Assembly (NCBI GenBank): GCA_028698175.1
Contig: JAQVDU010000002.1
Coordinates: 1 to 55,776 of the forward strand
Direction: 5' to 3'
From: a bacterium
GTDB lineage: Bacteria; Hydrothermota; 32-111
DNA: 55,776 nt
Made by a program: the position numbers and the translations under genes. Positions 38,473 to 47,078 of this stretch are shown here, piece after piece. Below the pieces are notes generated by a model. It did no database searches. It worked only from the letters and a program-made list of their open reading frames with translations, and was not told where the DNA came from. The first letter of the stretch is position 1. Every line of letters starts with the position of its first letter.

Positions 38473-39585
38473 ATGATGAAGTTTCGCGTTGACAAACAAG
38501 AGTTTCTGAAAAACCTCAATACAATTTCAAGCATTGTTCCGGCAAAACCCGTTGTAACCATAATTTCAAACATAATGATTGAGGCAAAGAAAGAGACGTT
38601 ATCATTCTCCTCCACTGATTTTGAAATCACAATGCACTCTGAAATGCCTGCTTCTGTGGGTGAAGACGGAGTGATTGTCATAAATGCAAAGACAATAGTA
38701 GAGCTTGTGAGAAAACTCCCAGAGGGTGAACTAAGCATTACTCTTTCAAATGACGAGGTCTCTATAAAATCAAAATCAGGCGTCTATAAAATGCCTGTTA
38801 TTAAAAAAGATGATTACGTTGAGATATCAAGAATTGAAAAAAACAAAATGTTCAATGTTGATTCTCTTCCTCTGAAAACAGCAGTCGACAACTCTGTTTT
38901 TGCAGTTTCAAAGGATGCGGTCAAGGTTGCCATTACCGGAGTCCTTCTTGAGGGTGCCGGAAAGAATCTGACATTTGTTGGAACAGACGGACACCGCCTT
39001 GCCCTCTATTCAATAAAAGACATATTTGAGAAACCATTATCAAATTCCGTTATAGTTCCTCCTAAAGTTCTGACGATTTTAAGGGACCTGATTGATGACG
39101 TTGACGAATTCAGTATGGGGTTTGATGAGAAGAGAATAATGTTTAAAGTGAAAACAATAGAAGTGTGGGCGAAGCTGATAGAGGGAACATTCCCGGATTA
39201 TAAGAGAGTTATACCGTCTGACAACAATAAAGTGATGATAGTTAAGAAAGATGAGCTTATAAATTCCCTGAACATTATAAACGTGTTCACTAATCCCAAC
39301 ACAAGGCTTGTAAAATTCGAGATAGAAAAAGGTAAGCTCATAATAAATGCCTATCAGAACCAGACCGGAGAGGGAACTGAATATCTGGACGTTGATTATG
39401 AGGATAAGGATAAGCTTGTGATAGGATTCAACAATAATTATCTGCTTGAAATTTTAAAGAGGATTGAGACTGAAAACGTGAAGTTTAAGTTCAAAGGAGA
39501 GATGTTTGCGGTGATAGTTGAAAATGAAATGAGCAAGGTTGATCAGGAGGCAGTTTATATAATAATGCCTCTTAGATTAAAATAA
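38473..39585 (+). CDS. dnaN: DNA polymerase III beta sliding clamp
   Basis: Three-domain clamp pattern (FVGTDGHRLA, KLIEGTFPDYKRVIP). AAGGAGG SD present. The second ATG (38476) is the better-spaced start. Confidence 0.95.
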   Translation: MMKFRVDKQEFLKNLNTISSIVPAKPVVTIISNIMIEAKKETLSFSSTDFEITMHSEMPASVGEDGVIVINAKTIVELVRKLPEGELSITLSNDEVSIKSKSGVYKMPVIKKDDYVEISRIEKNKMFNVDSLPLKTAVDNSVFAVSKDAVKVAITGVLLEGAGKNLTFVGTDGHRLALYSIKDIFEKPLSNSVIVPPKVLTILRDLIDDVDEFSMGFDEKRIMFKVKTIEVWAKLIEGTFPDYKRVIPSDNNKVMIVKKDELINSLNIINVFTNPNTRLVKFEIEKGKLIINAYQNQTGEGTEYLDVDYEDKDKLVIGFNNNYLLEILKRIETENVKFKFKGEMFAVIVENEMSKVDQEAVYIIMPLRLK

Positions 39586-39616
39586 TAGAATCAAAAAATC
39601 ATATATAATAATCATC

Positions 39617-39643
39617 GGGAGGGTTATAACCCTCCCTTTTTTT
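39617..39643 (+). terminator. Intrinsic terminator after dnaN
   Basis: gggaggg-ttataa-ccctccc hairpin followed by seven T's. Confidence 0.8.
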
Positions 39644-39689
39644 ATCTAATAAACCTTGTATGTGCAAAACCGTGAGTTGGCCCCTGCTA

Positions 39690-39718
39690 TTGACAATAAC
39701 ATACAAATATTATATATT
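39690..39718 (+). promoter_or_regulatory. sigma70-type promoter TTGACA-17 nt-TATATT just upstream of the PBP1A start
   Basis: Consensus -35 box and a good -10 box. The -10 ends 8 nt before ATG 39727, which implies a leaderless or near-leaderless mRNA. Confidence 0.45.
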
Positions 39719-39726
39719 AAAATATT

Positions 39727-41865
39727 ATGGTAAAAAATAAATTCAACAGTTTCAGAAAGAGCAAAAAAACAAAAAACGCTTTTAATACTACAGTATTTAT
39801 TATAGGCATACTGGTATTCATGGCTGTGTTTGCGGCTGTGGGATTTGCGGCAACAATGTACTTCAATCTGCAGAAAGAGATACCTTCAATGACGGACATG
39901 TTCGTCTACTCCGCACCGTCAGCCACTTTGATATATGACGACAACAACAGAAAAGTAACAGAGTTGTACCTTGAAAAGAGAATGCCTATAAGGCTGAAAG
40001 AGCTGCCTCAGTATGCTATTGATGCGGTGATAGCATTGGAAGACCAGCAGTTTTACTCGCACTGGGGAATTAATGTTGTGAGGTTTTTAGGCGCTCTGAC
40101 AAAGACTGTATTCACAATGAAAAAAGGGGCTGGAGCATCGACAATAACCCAGCAGCTTGCAAGAAACATGTTTTTGACAATGGAAAAGACCTGGACAAGA
40201 AAGATAAAAGAGGCACTGATAACAATAAATCTTGAAAGAAATTTTTCCAAAGATGAAATACTTGAAATGTATTTCAACCAGATAAATTACAGTTCCGGAG
40301 CATACGGCATTGAAGCGGCATCAAACATGTACTTCAACAAATCTGCGAGGGAGCTCACTCTTGCGGAGGCGGCGATGCTTGCGGGAATTCCCCAGATACC
40401 TGAAAAATTCAATCTCTTCAGACACTATGACAATGCAAAGAAGCGCCAAAGGATATGTCTTTACAGCATGCTTAAAGAGGGATACATATCAAAGGAGGAG
40501 TATGACGATGCGATTGACGACAGCGTAGTGGTTACAAAGGGCGAAAAAGACTCCGGGTACGGAAGGTATTTCATTGAGGAGGTTAGAAAGGATGTTATAT
40601 CCAGATTCGGAATGAACACTCTTTACAAAGGCGGACTGAAGATATACACGACAATGAATTCCGACATGCAGATGGAGGCGGAGAAAGTAATAGAGAAGAA
40701 GATGCTTTACTTTGAGAAAATGTACAGATTCAAATATACCAAAGAAAAGTATGAACAGGAAATGGCAAAGGATACTCTATCTGAAGCGGTGCCCCAATAC
40801 CTTCAGGCAAGCATGGTAATAATTGAAAACGAAACCGGAGAGGTGAAAGCCATAGTCGGAGGAAGGGATTTTGAGCATTCAGAATATAACAGAGCTCTCC
40901 AGTCTAAAAGGCAACCCGGGTCAATCTTTAAGATTTTCCTTTTTTCAGCGGCCGTAGAGAACGGAATGAACCCTGGTGACATAATAATGGACACTCCGGT
41001 GGTGCTTGATGACGGAAGCGACACCCCGTATAAACCGAGAAACTTTGACGGTGATTTTTTAGGTCCCATACCCCTGCGAAAGGCTCTTGCCCTCTCAAGA
41101 AACGTGACTGCAATACGCCTGATAAAGAGCATCGGACCAGGAACGGTCGTAAAGCACGCAAAAAAACTGGGAGTCGGATCCCAGCTTACTCCGGTTCTTT
41201 CTCTTGCTCTCGGCTCAAATGACGTGACTCTTTTCGAAATGGTAAGGGCTTTCTCCGTCTTTCCAAACAAGGGCGTATTGAAAGAAACAAGCACCATCCG
41301 CTATATTGAAGACGCTCAGGGAAACGTAATATATAAGAATGAAAACCTCGAGAACAGAGTGATGAACGATGACGATGCCTATATAGTCACAAATATGCTT
41401 GAGAGCGTAGTAAAAGAGGGCACTGCCGCCGGCCTTAAATATTATAAATTCAACGTTCATATTGGCGGAAAGACGGGAACCACGGACGATTATTCAAACA
41501 CATGGTTTGTGGGTTTCACGAAGGAATACACTGCAGGCGTCTGGGTCGGGTTTGACAGGCTCCGCACGATAGCGGATAAAGCCACAGGAGCAGTTCTTGC
41601 TCTTCCGATTTGGGCTGAGACCATGAAGCCGTTTGTCAACAGCGCCGACTCACTTCCCTTTGAACAGACAGACAGCATAATTCACGTCACTGTGTGCAGG
41701 GAATCCGGGCAGATAGCCACAAAATACTGCAAATTCATAAGAGATGAAATATACAAAAAGAATCGCGAACCGAAGATAAGCTGCGAAAAACATATACGGG
41801 GTTATTCAAACAATCAGGATTTTGATTTTTCAAAACAGGACATTCTTAAAGACGATGACCTGTAA
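39727..41865 (+). CDS. mrcA: Class A penicillin-binding protein (transglycosylase/transpeptidase, PBP1A)
   Basis: N-terminal TM helix. GT51 motifs EDQQFYSHWG and RKIKE. Transpeptidase motifs SIFK (SxxK), SRN and KTGT. Confidence 0.93.
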   Translation: MVKNKFNSFRKSKKTKNAFNTTVFIIGILVFMAVFAAVGFAATMYFNLQKEIPSMTDMFVYSAPSATLIYDDNNRKVTELYLEKRMPIRLKELPQYAIDAVIALEDQQFYSHWGINVVRFLGALTKTVFTMKKGAGASTITQQLARNMFLTMEKTWTRKIKEALITINLERNFSKDEILEMYFNQINYSSGAYGIEAASNMYFNKSARELTLAEAAMLAGIPQIPEKFNLFRHYDNAKKRQRICLYSMLKEGYISKEEYDDAIDDSVVVTKGEKDSGYGRYFIEEVRKDVISRFGMNTLYKGGLKIYTTMNSDMQMEAEKVIEKKMLYFEKMYRFKYTKEKYEQEMAKDTLSEAVPQYLQASMVIIENETGEVKAIVGGRDFEHSEYNRALQSKRQPGSIFKIFLFSAAVENGMNPGDIIMDTPVVLDDGSDTPYKPRNFDGDFLGPIPLRKALALSRNVTAIRLIKSIGPGTVVKHAKKLGVGSQLTPVLSLALGSNDVTLFEMVRAFSVFPNKGVLKETSTIRYIEDAQGNVIYKNENLENRVMNDDDAYIVTNMLESVVKEGTAAGLKYYKFNVHIGGKTGTTDDYSNTWFVGFTKEYTAGVWVGFDRLRTIADKATGAVLALPIWAETMKPFVNSADSLPFEQTDSIIHVTVCRESGQIATKYCKFIRDEIYKKNREPKISCEKHIRGYSNNQDFDFSKQDILKDDDL

Positions 41866-41874
41866 GGAGGCTCT

Positions 41875-42525
41875 ATGAGGTTTCTGGCAATTTTGCTTTT
41901 GTTGATAATAATAGCCATGTCGATTTACGGAGTTTACCACTACTATCAGTCATATAAACCCGCTCTTGATAAGTATTCAGAGCTTGTCAGCGAGAACAAA
42001 ACTCTGGCGGAATATATAAGCAGGCTTAGGAGCGATCAGATGAAAAAGGACAGCGTACTGTCGATTCTCGCAAACACAAAAAATGAAGTCGACACGCAGA
42101 TAATCTTTGACAACATAACCGGAACAAGGATAACCCTTGAATCTGAAAATCTATTTGAAAGCGGCGGATATGTTCTGAATAAAAAGGGAAAGGGGCTTCT
42201 TAAAAAGACAGCGGAAGTTCTTTTGAAAATGTCAGATGCTGAAATAGTCATTGAGGGACACACGGACAATCAAAAAATCGGCCCTTCAATAAAGAGCTTG
42301 ATTCCGTCAAACTGGGAGCTTTCTGCGCTCAGAGCGATAAATGTAATGAAATATCTGCGCGACTCATTGGGTATAGTGGAGAAGCGGATGTATGTCGCAG
42401 CTTACGGAGAGACCCGTCCGATAGCAGACAACTCCACAGAAGATGGAAGAAAGAAAAACAGAAGAATTGAAATATTTCTTAAAAGCTCCTCTTTCAATAA
42501 AATAGTTGAAGACACCATAGAGTAA
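41875..42525 (+). CDS. MotB/OmpA-family peptidoglycan-binding protein with an N-terminal TM helix and coiled coil
   Basis: OmpA_C-like motifs IEGHTDN, NWELSALRA and NRRIEIFL. Confidence 0.8.
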   Translation: MRFLAILLLLIIIAMSIYGVYHYYQSYKPALDKYSELVSENKTLAEYISRLRSDQMKKDSVLSILANTKNEVDTQIIFDNITGTRITLESENLFESGGYVLNKKGKGLLKKTAEVLLKMSDAEIVIEGHTDNQKIGPSIKSLIPSNWELSALRAINVMKYLRDSLGIVEKRMYVAAYGETRPIADNSTEDGRKKNRRIEIFLKSSSFNKIVEDTIE

Positions 42526-43400
42526 TGCAGAGAATTTTGCATCTCTTCTCCGGAGGACTGGATTCAATACTCTCGTATAAATTGCTTGAAAACGCCGGAT
42601 ATGAGGTTGAAGCGGTTTATTTTGAAACTCCATTCTTTCCCTCATCGCAGGCGATTGACTATGGAATAAAAAACAGTATCAAAGTCAGGAAAGTCAATAT
42701 TTTCAAAGAGTATATCGAAATGCTTAAAAGACCTAAGTATGGATATGGCAAGAACTTAAACCCATGCATCGACTGCAAGGCGCTTATGATAAACACTGCC
42801 TGCCGTCTGGCATTGAAAGAGAATTTTTCGCTTGTCTCTACCGGAGAGGTCTTGGGGCAGAGGCCCATGTCGCAGACATTGGCAGGGTTTCAAAAACAAA
42901 AAAAGCTTCTTGAGCACCCGGAGATGGTTGTGAGGGTTTTGTCGCGCGAAAAGAATGAAAATCTTTTAAAGAATATTGAGAGATTTGAAATATCTGGTAG
43001 AGAGAGAATTCTTCAAATGAAATTGAGCGTAAAACTTGAAATATCCCATTACAGCACGCCTTCCGGAGGATGCTTCCTGACATACAAGGAATTTTCTGCA
43101 AAGGCGAGAAGTTTGCTGAATAAGAACTTCACTGAGGAAAAATACTTTTACATGATAAAGAACGGAAGGTTCAGAGAATACTCCAACGGAGTTGCAATAA
43201 TCGGAAGAAGCGAGAATGACAATGATAATCTTTTAAAAACAAGGACCGACGAAAAAACTCTTCAGATTGTCGGCGGAAAGGGACCGGTAGCCTTGATCCT
43301 CGGGGTTCTTTCCAAAGAAGAGGAGGAGGACCTTAAAGAGGTTCTTTTGAAATATTCAAAGAGAGATGTAAATGAAAAAGATTCTATTCGCTCTATTTAG
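42525..43400 (+). CDS. PP-loop ATP pyrophosphatase, ThiI-like sulfurtransferase domain without THUMP
   Basis: SGGLDS PP-loop at residues 9-14, NPCIDCK, and TGEVLGQRPMSQT (ThiI-like TGExLGQvaSQT). There is no N-terminal ferredoxin-like or THUMP region. Confidence 0.6.
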   Translation: MQRILHLFSGGLDSILSYKLLENAGYEVEAVYFETPFFPSSQAIDYGIKNSIKVRKVNIFKEYIEMLKRPKYGYGKNLNPCIDCKALMINTACRLALKENFSLVSTGEVLGQRPMSQTLAGFQKQKKLLEHPEMVVRVLSREKNENLLKNIERFEISGRERILQMKLSVKLEISHYSTPSGGCFLTYKEFSAKARSLLNKNFTEEKYFYMIKNGRFREYSNGVAIIGRSENDNDNLLKTRTDEKTLQIVGGKGPVALILGVLSKEEEEDLKEVLLKYSKRDVNEKDSIRSI

Positions 43401-43707
43401 CATTCTTTGTTTTGTTTCACTCTCATCACAGGAGGTTTTCTTTCCTCCGGTTCTCTCTCTGCTTATTCCGGGCGGCGGCCAGTTCTACAACAAAGAATAC
43501 GTTAAGGGGGCTGTCATTGCGGCGGCAGAGCTGACCCTCTGCGCTCTTCTCTATGAAAACTGCAGGAAAGACGAACCTTCATCCTCTCTCTACAGGGATT
43601 TGCTTGTGGGAATAAAGCTCTTTTCTTCTCTTGACGCATACGTATTTGCAGAGCTTAAAGAGAATTTATCCGGGGAGGCAGAATCAGATACAATTCAAAA
43701 GAAATAG
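43372..43707 (+). CDS. Small secreted/membrane protein, DUF5683-like
   Basis: Signal-like N-terminus and a LIPGGGQFYNKEY motif resembling the Bacteroidota DUF5683 PGxGQxYNKxY signature. Confidence 0.5.
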   Translation: MKKILFALFSILCFVSLSSQEVFFPPVLSLLIPGGGQFYNKEYVKGAVIAAAELTLCALLYENCRKDEPSSSLYRDLLVGIKLFSSLDAYVFAELKENLSGEAESDTIQKK

Positions 43708-43757
43708 CAAATACCTTCAAACAGAGAGGCTTTGTATTAAAGAACGAAGAGGCTGAA

Positions 43758-44246
43758 ATGTTTCAATTATACCTTAACATGATTTTAAAATGGAACAAAA
43801 GCGTCTCCCTTGTTTCAAAGAGCAATGAAGAGACCCTCATTGAGGACCATCTTATAGATTCTGTTGAGGGATTGTTGGAGGCCGGCTTCTCTGAAAACGA
43901 TAAAATCGCAGATCTTGGGTCCGGAAACGGATTCCCCGCAATACCCATAAAGATAATGCTTCCCGGAGCATTTGTCACAATGATAGAATCAAACAAAAGA
44001 AAAGCATCATTTCTTCTTGAAGTTTTAAGAGAGCTTGGTCTTAAAAATGGAGAGGTTCTATGCAAAAGAATCGAAGAGTGTGATTTGAAGGATTTTGATA
44101 AGATAACGGCAAGGGCTTTTAAACCGGCAGAGGAGATACAGCAAATTCTAAATTCAAAACATTTCTGCGGAGAGGTTGTTGTGTGGGAAAAGAGAAGCGG
44201 CAAAAGGGTGTCAAAATACCATTGCTGCAATGTGGAAAAGTTGTGA
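43758..44246 (+). CDS. rsmG: 16S rRNA (guanine527-N7)-methyltransferase
   Basis: LKWNKSVSLVS, HLIDSV and the SAM motif DLGSGNGFPAIP. Only 162 aa from the first ATG. Homologous-looking N-terminal sequence continues upstream in frame (see findings). Confidence 0.85.
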   Translation: MFQLYLNMILKWNKSVSLVSKSNEETLIEDHLIDSVEGLLEAGFSENDKIADLGSGNGFPAIPIKIMLPGAFVTMIESNKRKASFLLEVLRELGLKNGEVLCKRIEECDLKDFDKITARAFKPAEEIQQILNSKHFCGEVVVWEKRSGKRVSKYHCCNVEKL

Positions 44247-44248
44247 AA

Positions 44249-44264
44249 TGTTCCACGTGGAACA
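44249..44264. other. parS centromere-like site 1 (TGTTCCACGTGGAACA)
   Basis: Perfect 16-bp palindrome, one substitution from the classic TGTTCCACGTGAAACA. Starts 3 nt after the rsmG stop. Confidence 0.85.
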
Positions 44265-44334
44265 TCCGTTTCCCATTTAATGTTTCTGTAAGTCCTTAAA
44301 ATATCAACACATTTGAATTTAAAACACAGGAAAG

Positions 44335-44343
44335 TTTTCCACA
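44335..44343 (+). other. DnaA-box-like TTTTCCACA between the two parS sites
   Basis: Same 9-mer as at 38328-38336. A reverse copy (TGTGGAAAA) sits at 44231-44239 in the last codons of rsmG. Confidence 0.4.
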
Positions 44344-44357
44344 AAAAAATATGTTAT

Positions 44358-44373
44358 TGTTCCACGTGGAACA
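44358..44373. other. parS centromere-like site 2 (TGTTCCACGTGGAACA)
   Basis: Identical 16-bp palindrome 109 bp from site 1 and 48 nt upstream of the parA ATG. Confidence 0.85.
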
Positions 44374-44420
44374 AAAAAAGACTTGAAATCTTTTTTTCTT
44401 TGTGGTAATATTCTGCTCTG

Positions 44421-45209
44421 ATGAAAAGAATAATTGCAGTAGCCAATCAGAAGGGCGGAGTCGGAAAAACGACAACCGCGGTCAATTTGGGAGCGGCCCT
44501 CGGGGTCGCCGAAAAGAAGACCCTTCTGATTGATATTGACCCTCAGGCTAACGCCACATCCTCTCTTGGATATTATGACAGAAACTTTCTCGGAAGAAGC
44601 GTTTACGACGTCCTTGCAAATAAGGTTTCCATAGAGGACACGATCGTAAAGACCGAACTTGAGTATCTTGACCTTCTCCCTTCAGACATTTCTCTTGCCG
44701 CCACAGACGTTGAGCTTGTCGGGCTTGAGAAGAAAGAGCATCTTTTAAAGCATGCGCTTCAGCCGATTTTAAACAGGTACGAATACATCCTTATAGATTG
44801 CCCGCCCTCTCTTCAGATTCTCACCCTGAACGCCCTTGTGGCAGCCCATTCTATTCTGATACCGGTGCAGGCTGAATTCTACGCAGTTGAAGGGCTTGCC
44901 AAGCTTCTCAATACGATAAACAGCGTGCGGCAGGCGCTAAACGACGACCTTGAAATAGAGGGAGTTTTAATAACCATGTATGATTCGCGGTTGACCCTTG
45001 CCCGCCAGGTTGCGGATGAGGTTCTAAATTATTTTAAGAGCTCAGTTTACAAAACATACATTCCAAGAAACGTGCGCCTTGCCGAGGCGCCGTCATTCGG
45101 AAAACCGATTATAATATTTGACCCTGTTTCAAATGGCTCTAAGGCGTATTTGGAACTGGCAAAGGAGTTGATTGAAAAGCATGAAAAAGGCTCTAGGTCG
45201 AGGTCTTGA
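44421..45209 (+). CDS. parA: Chromosome partitioning ATPase ParA/Soj
   Basis: Deviant Walker A NQKGGVGKTTT and ParA-typical DCPPSL. Confidence 0.95.
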   Translation: MKRIIAVANQKGGVGKTTTAVNLGAALGVAEKKTLLIDIDPQANATSSLGYYDRNFLGRSVYDVLANKVSIEDTIVKTELEYLDLLPSDISLAATDVELVGLEKKEHLLKHALQPILNRYEYILIDCPPSLQILTLNALVAAHSILIPVQAEFYAVEGLAKLLNTINSVRQALNDDLEIEGVLITMYDSRLTLARQVADEVLNYFKSSVYKTYIPRNVRLAEAPSFGKPIIIFDPVSNGSKAYLELAKELIEKHEKGSRSRS

Positions 45210-46023
45210 ATCTTTAATCTCAGGCACTGAACAGAGGGAGATACGCTCCCTCTCTACAAAGCAGATAAAGCCGAACCCCTTTCAGCCGAGAAAACTCTTT
45301 GCGGAAGAGGACCTCTCAGAACTTACCGAATCCATAAAGGCCAACGGCGTGCTTCAGCCGATTACAGTAAGAAGAAAGAATGATTTCTTTGAAATAGTGG
45401 CCGGAGAGAGGCGGTTCAGGGCTTCTGTTGCCGCAGGTCTTAAAGAGATTCCAGCCGTGATTAAAGAGGTTCCGGACGAGAAGATGCTGGAATTCGCTCT
45501 CGTGGAAAACATTCAGAGAAAGAATCTGAATCCGGTAGATGAAGCATCCGCATATAAGGATTTGTCGGAAAAGTTCAAGCTGACCCATGAGGCAATATCC
45601 GAAAGGGTTGGCAAATCGCGCTCGCACATCTCTAACATGCTCAGAATTCTTGAACTTGAAAGCCACATAAGAAAGATGATATCGGAAGATGCGATTTCAT
45701 TCGGACATGCAAAGGTGCTTGTCTCAATAAAGGATAAAAATAAAAGAATAATAATTGCGCAGAGGATAGCGAGAGAGGGTCTATCAGTAAGAGACATTGA
45801 AAATCTTCTCTCTTCAAAATCCGCGAATGTGAAACTGAAAGAAAAGAAGACCCAGGTCAAGTCAAGCTATATAAGGTCCCTTGAAAATAAAATATCGGAA
45901 CACTTGTCGAGGAAGACTGAAATATCGTATAAAAAAGGCAAAGGAAAAATCTTTCTTGAATTCTATTCGGATGATGACTTCAAGGTACTTCTTGAAAAAC
46001 TCGGAATTAAAAATTTTGATTAG
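45172..46023 (+). CDS. parB: Chromosome partitioning protein ParB/Spo0J
   Basis: LGRGLESLI, GERRFRA and an HTH region. The tracked start is TTG 45172 and the alternative is ATG 45181. Overlaps the parA 3' end. Confidence 0.93.
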   Translation: MKSMKKALGRGLESLISGTEQREIRSLSTKQIKPNPFQPRKLFAEEDLSELTESIKANGVLQPITVRRKNDFFEIVAGERRFRASVAAGLKEIPAVIKEVPDEKMLEFALVENIQRKNLNPVDEASAYKDLSEKFKLTHEAISERVGKSRSHISNMLRILELESHIRKMISEDAISFGHAKVLVSIKDKNKRIIIAQRIAREGLSVRDIENLLSSKSANVKLKEKKTQVKSSYIRSLENKISEHLSRKTEISYKKGKGKIFLEFYSDDDFKVLLEKLGIKNFD

Positions 46024-46031
46024 GAGTGAGA

Positions 46032-47069
46032 ATGAAAAGCATGCTTGAAACAATAAAGGCGCTTGCCGCTGCAGCCGGACCATCCGGAGCAGAGGACTCT
46101 CTCTTCAAGACCGTGAAGATGCTGGTAAAGGAGAGCGGAGCTAAGGTGGAAAAGGATAAGATGGGAAACATTATCGTAATTAAGAGGGGAAACAGAAGGG
46201 GCAGGGTCGCGTTTTTTACACACAATGACGAGATAGGCCTTATCATTACAAAAATAGACAGGGACTATCTGCGCTTTACCGAGGTCGGCGGATATGACGA
46301 GAAGGTTCTTCTCGGGCAGGAGGTCATTGTCTACGGAAAGAAAGAAATCCGGGGAATAATAGGAGCAAAACCTCCACATCTTCAAACAAAAGGCGAAAGC
46401 GATAAGTTTTTGAAATTTGAGGACTTATACATAGACGTCGGCATGAAAAACAAGGATATACTTAAGTATATAAATGTCGGAGACAGGGTTATCATAAGAA
46501 GCGATTTTACTGAGATGAAGCAAAATACAGTATGCGTCAAAGCTCTTGACAATAGGGCTTCGGGTGCAACGGTTCTTTATATGCTAAAATACCTTGAAAA
46601 TGTAAAAAACCACCCTGATGTTTATCTTGTTCTCAATTCCCAGGAGGAGACAACCATGGCAGGATCAAAAGTCTCTGCCCATGCCATTGATCCTGATGTG
46701 GCATTTGTTCTTGACGTCACCTTTGCCAAACAGACCGGTTTTGAGCAGGGGTACCCTCTTGACAGGATTGGCTTTGGAATGGGCGCGAATATCTGCAAGA
46801 GGATCTTTGATTTTGTAAAAAAGACGGCGGATGATAATAATGTGCAGTATTTTATAGAACCGCTTCCATCAATGTCAGGGACGGACGCCTATGCGGTTCA
46901 GACTGTCAAAAAGGGGGTTACGACAATGCTTATCTCCCTTCCCATAAGAAATATGCACTCTCCAGTTGAAATAGCAAGCGTTAAGACAATGGAGGAGGCG
47001 TCAAGGTTTCTCTCTCTTCTGATGTCCAACATTAAGACGGAAGAGTTTAAGGAAAGAATATTAAAATAA
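46032..47069 (+). CDS. M42-family (TET/FrvX/YsdC-type) aminopeptidase, copy 1
   Basis: AGGAG SD overlaps the parB stop. M42 pattern: PSGAED, FFTHNDEIG, ALDNRA, SQEET, NMHSPVE. Confidence 0.85.
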   Translation: MKSMLETIKALAAAAGPSGAEDSLFKTVKMLVKESGAKVEKDKMGNIIVIKRGNRRGRVAFFTHNDEIGLIITKIDRDYLRFTEVGGYDEKVLLGQEVIVYGKKEIRGIIGAKPPHLQTKGESDKFLKFEDLYIDVGMKNKDILKYINVGDRVIIRSDFTEMKQNTVCVKALDNRASGATVLYMLKYLENVKNHPDVYLVLNSQEETTMAGSKVSAHAIDPDVAFVLDVTFAKQTGFEQGYPLDRIGFGMGANICKRIFDFVKKTADDNNVQYFIEPLPSMSGTDAYAVQTVKKGVTTMLISLPIRNMHSPVEIASVKTMEEASRFLSLLMSNIKTEEFKERILK

Positions 47070-47078
47070 GGAAACAAT

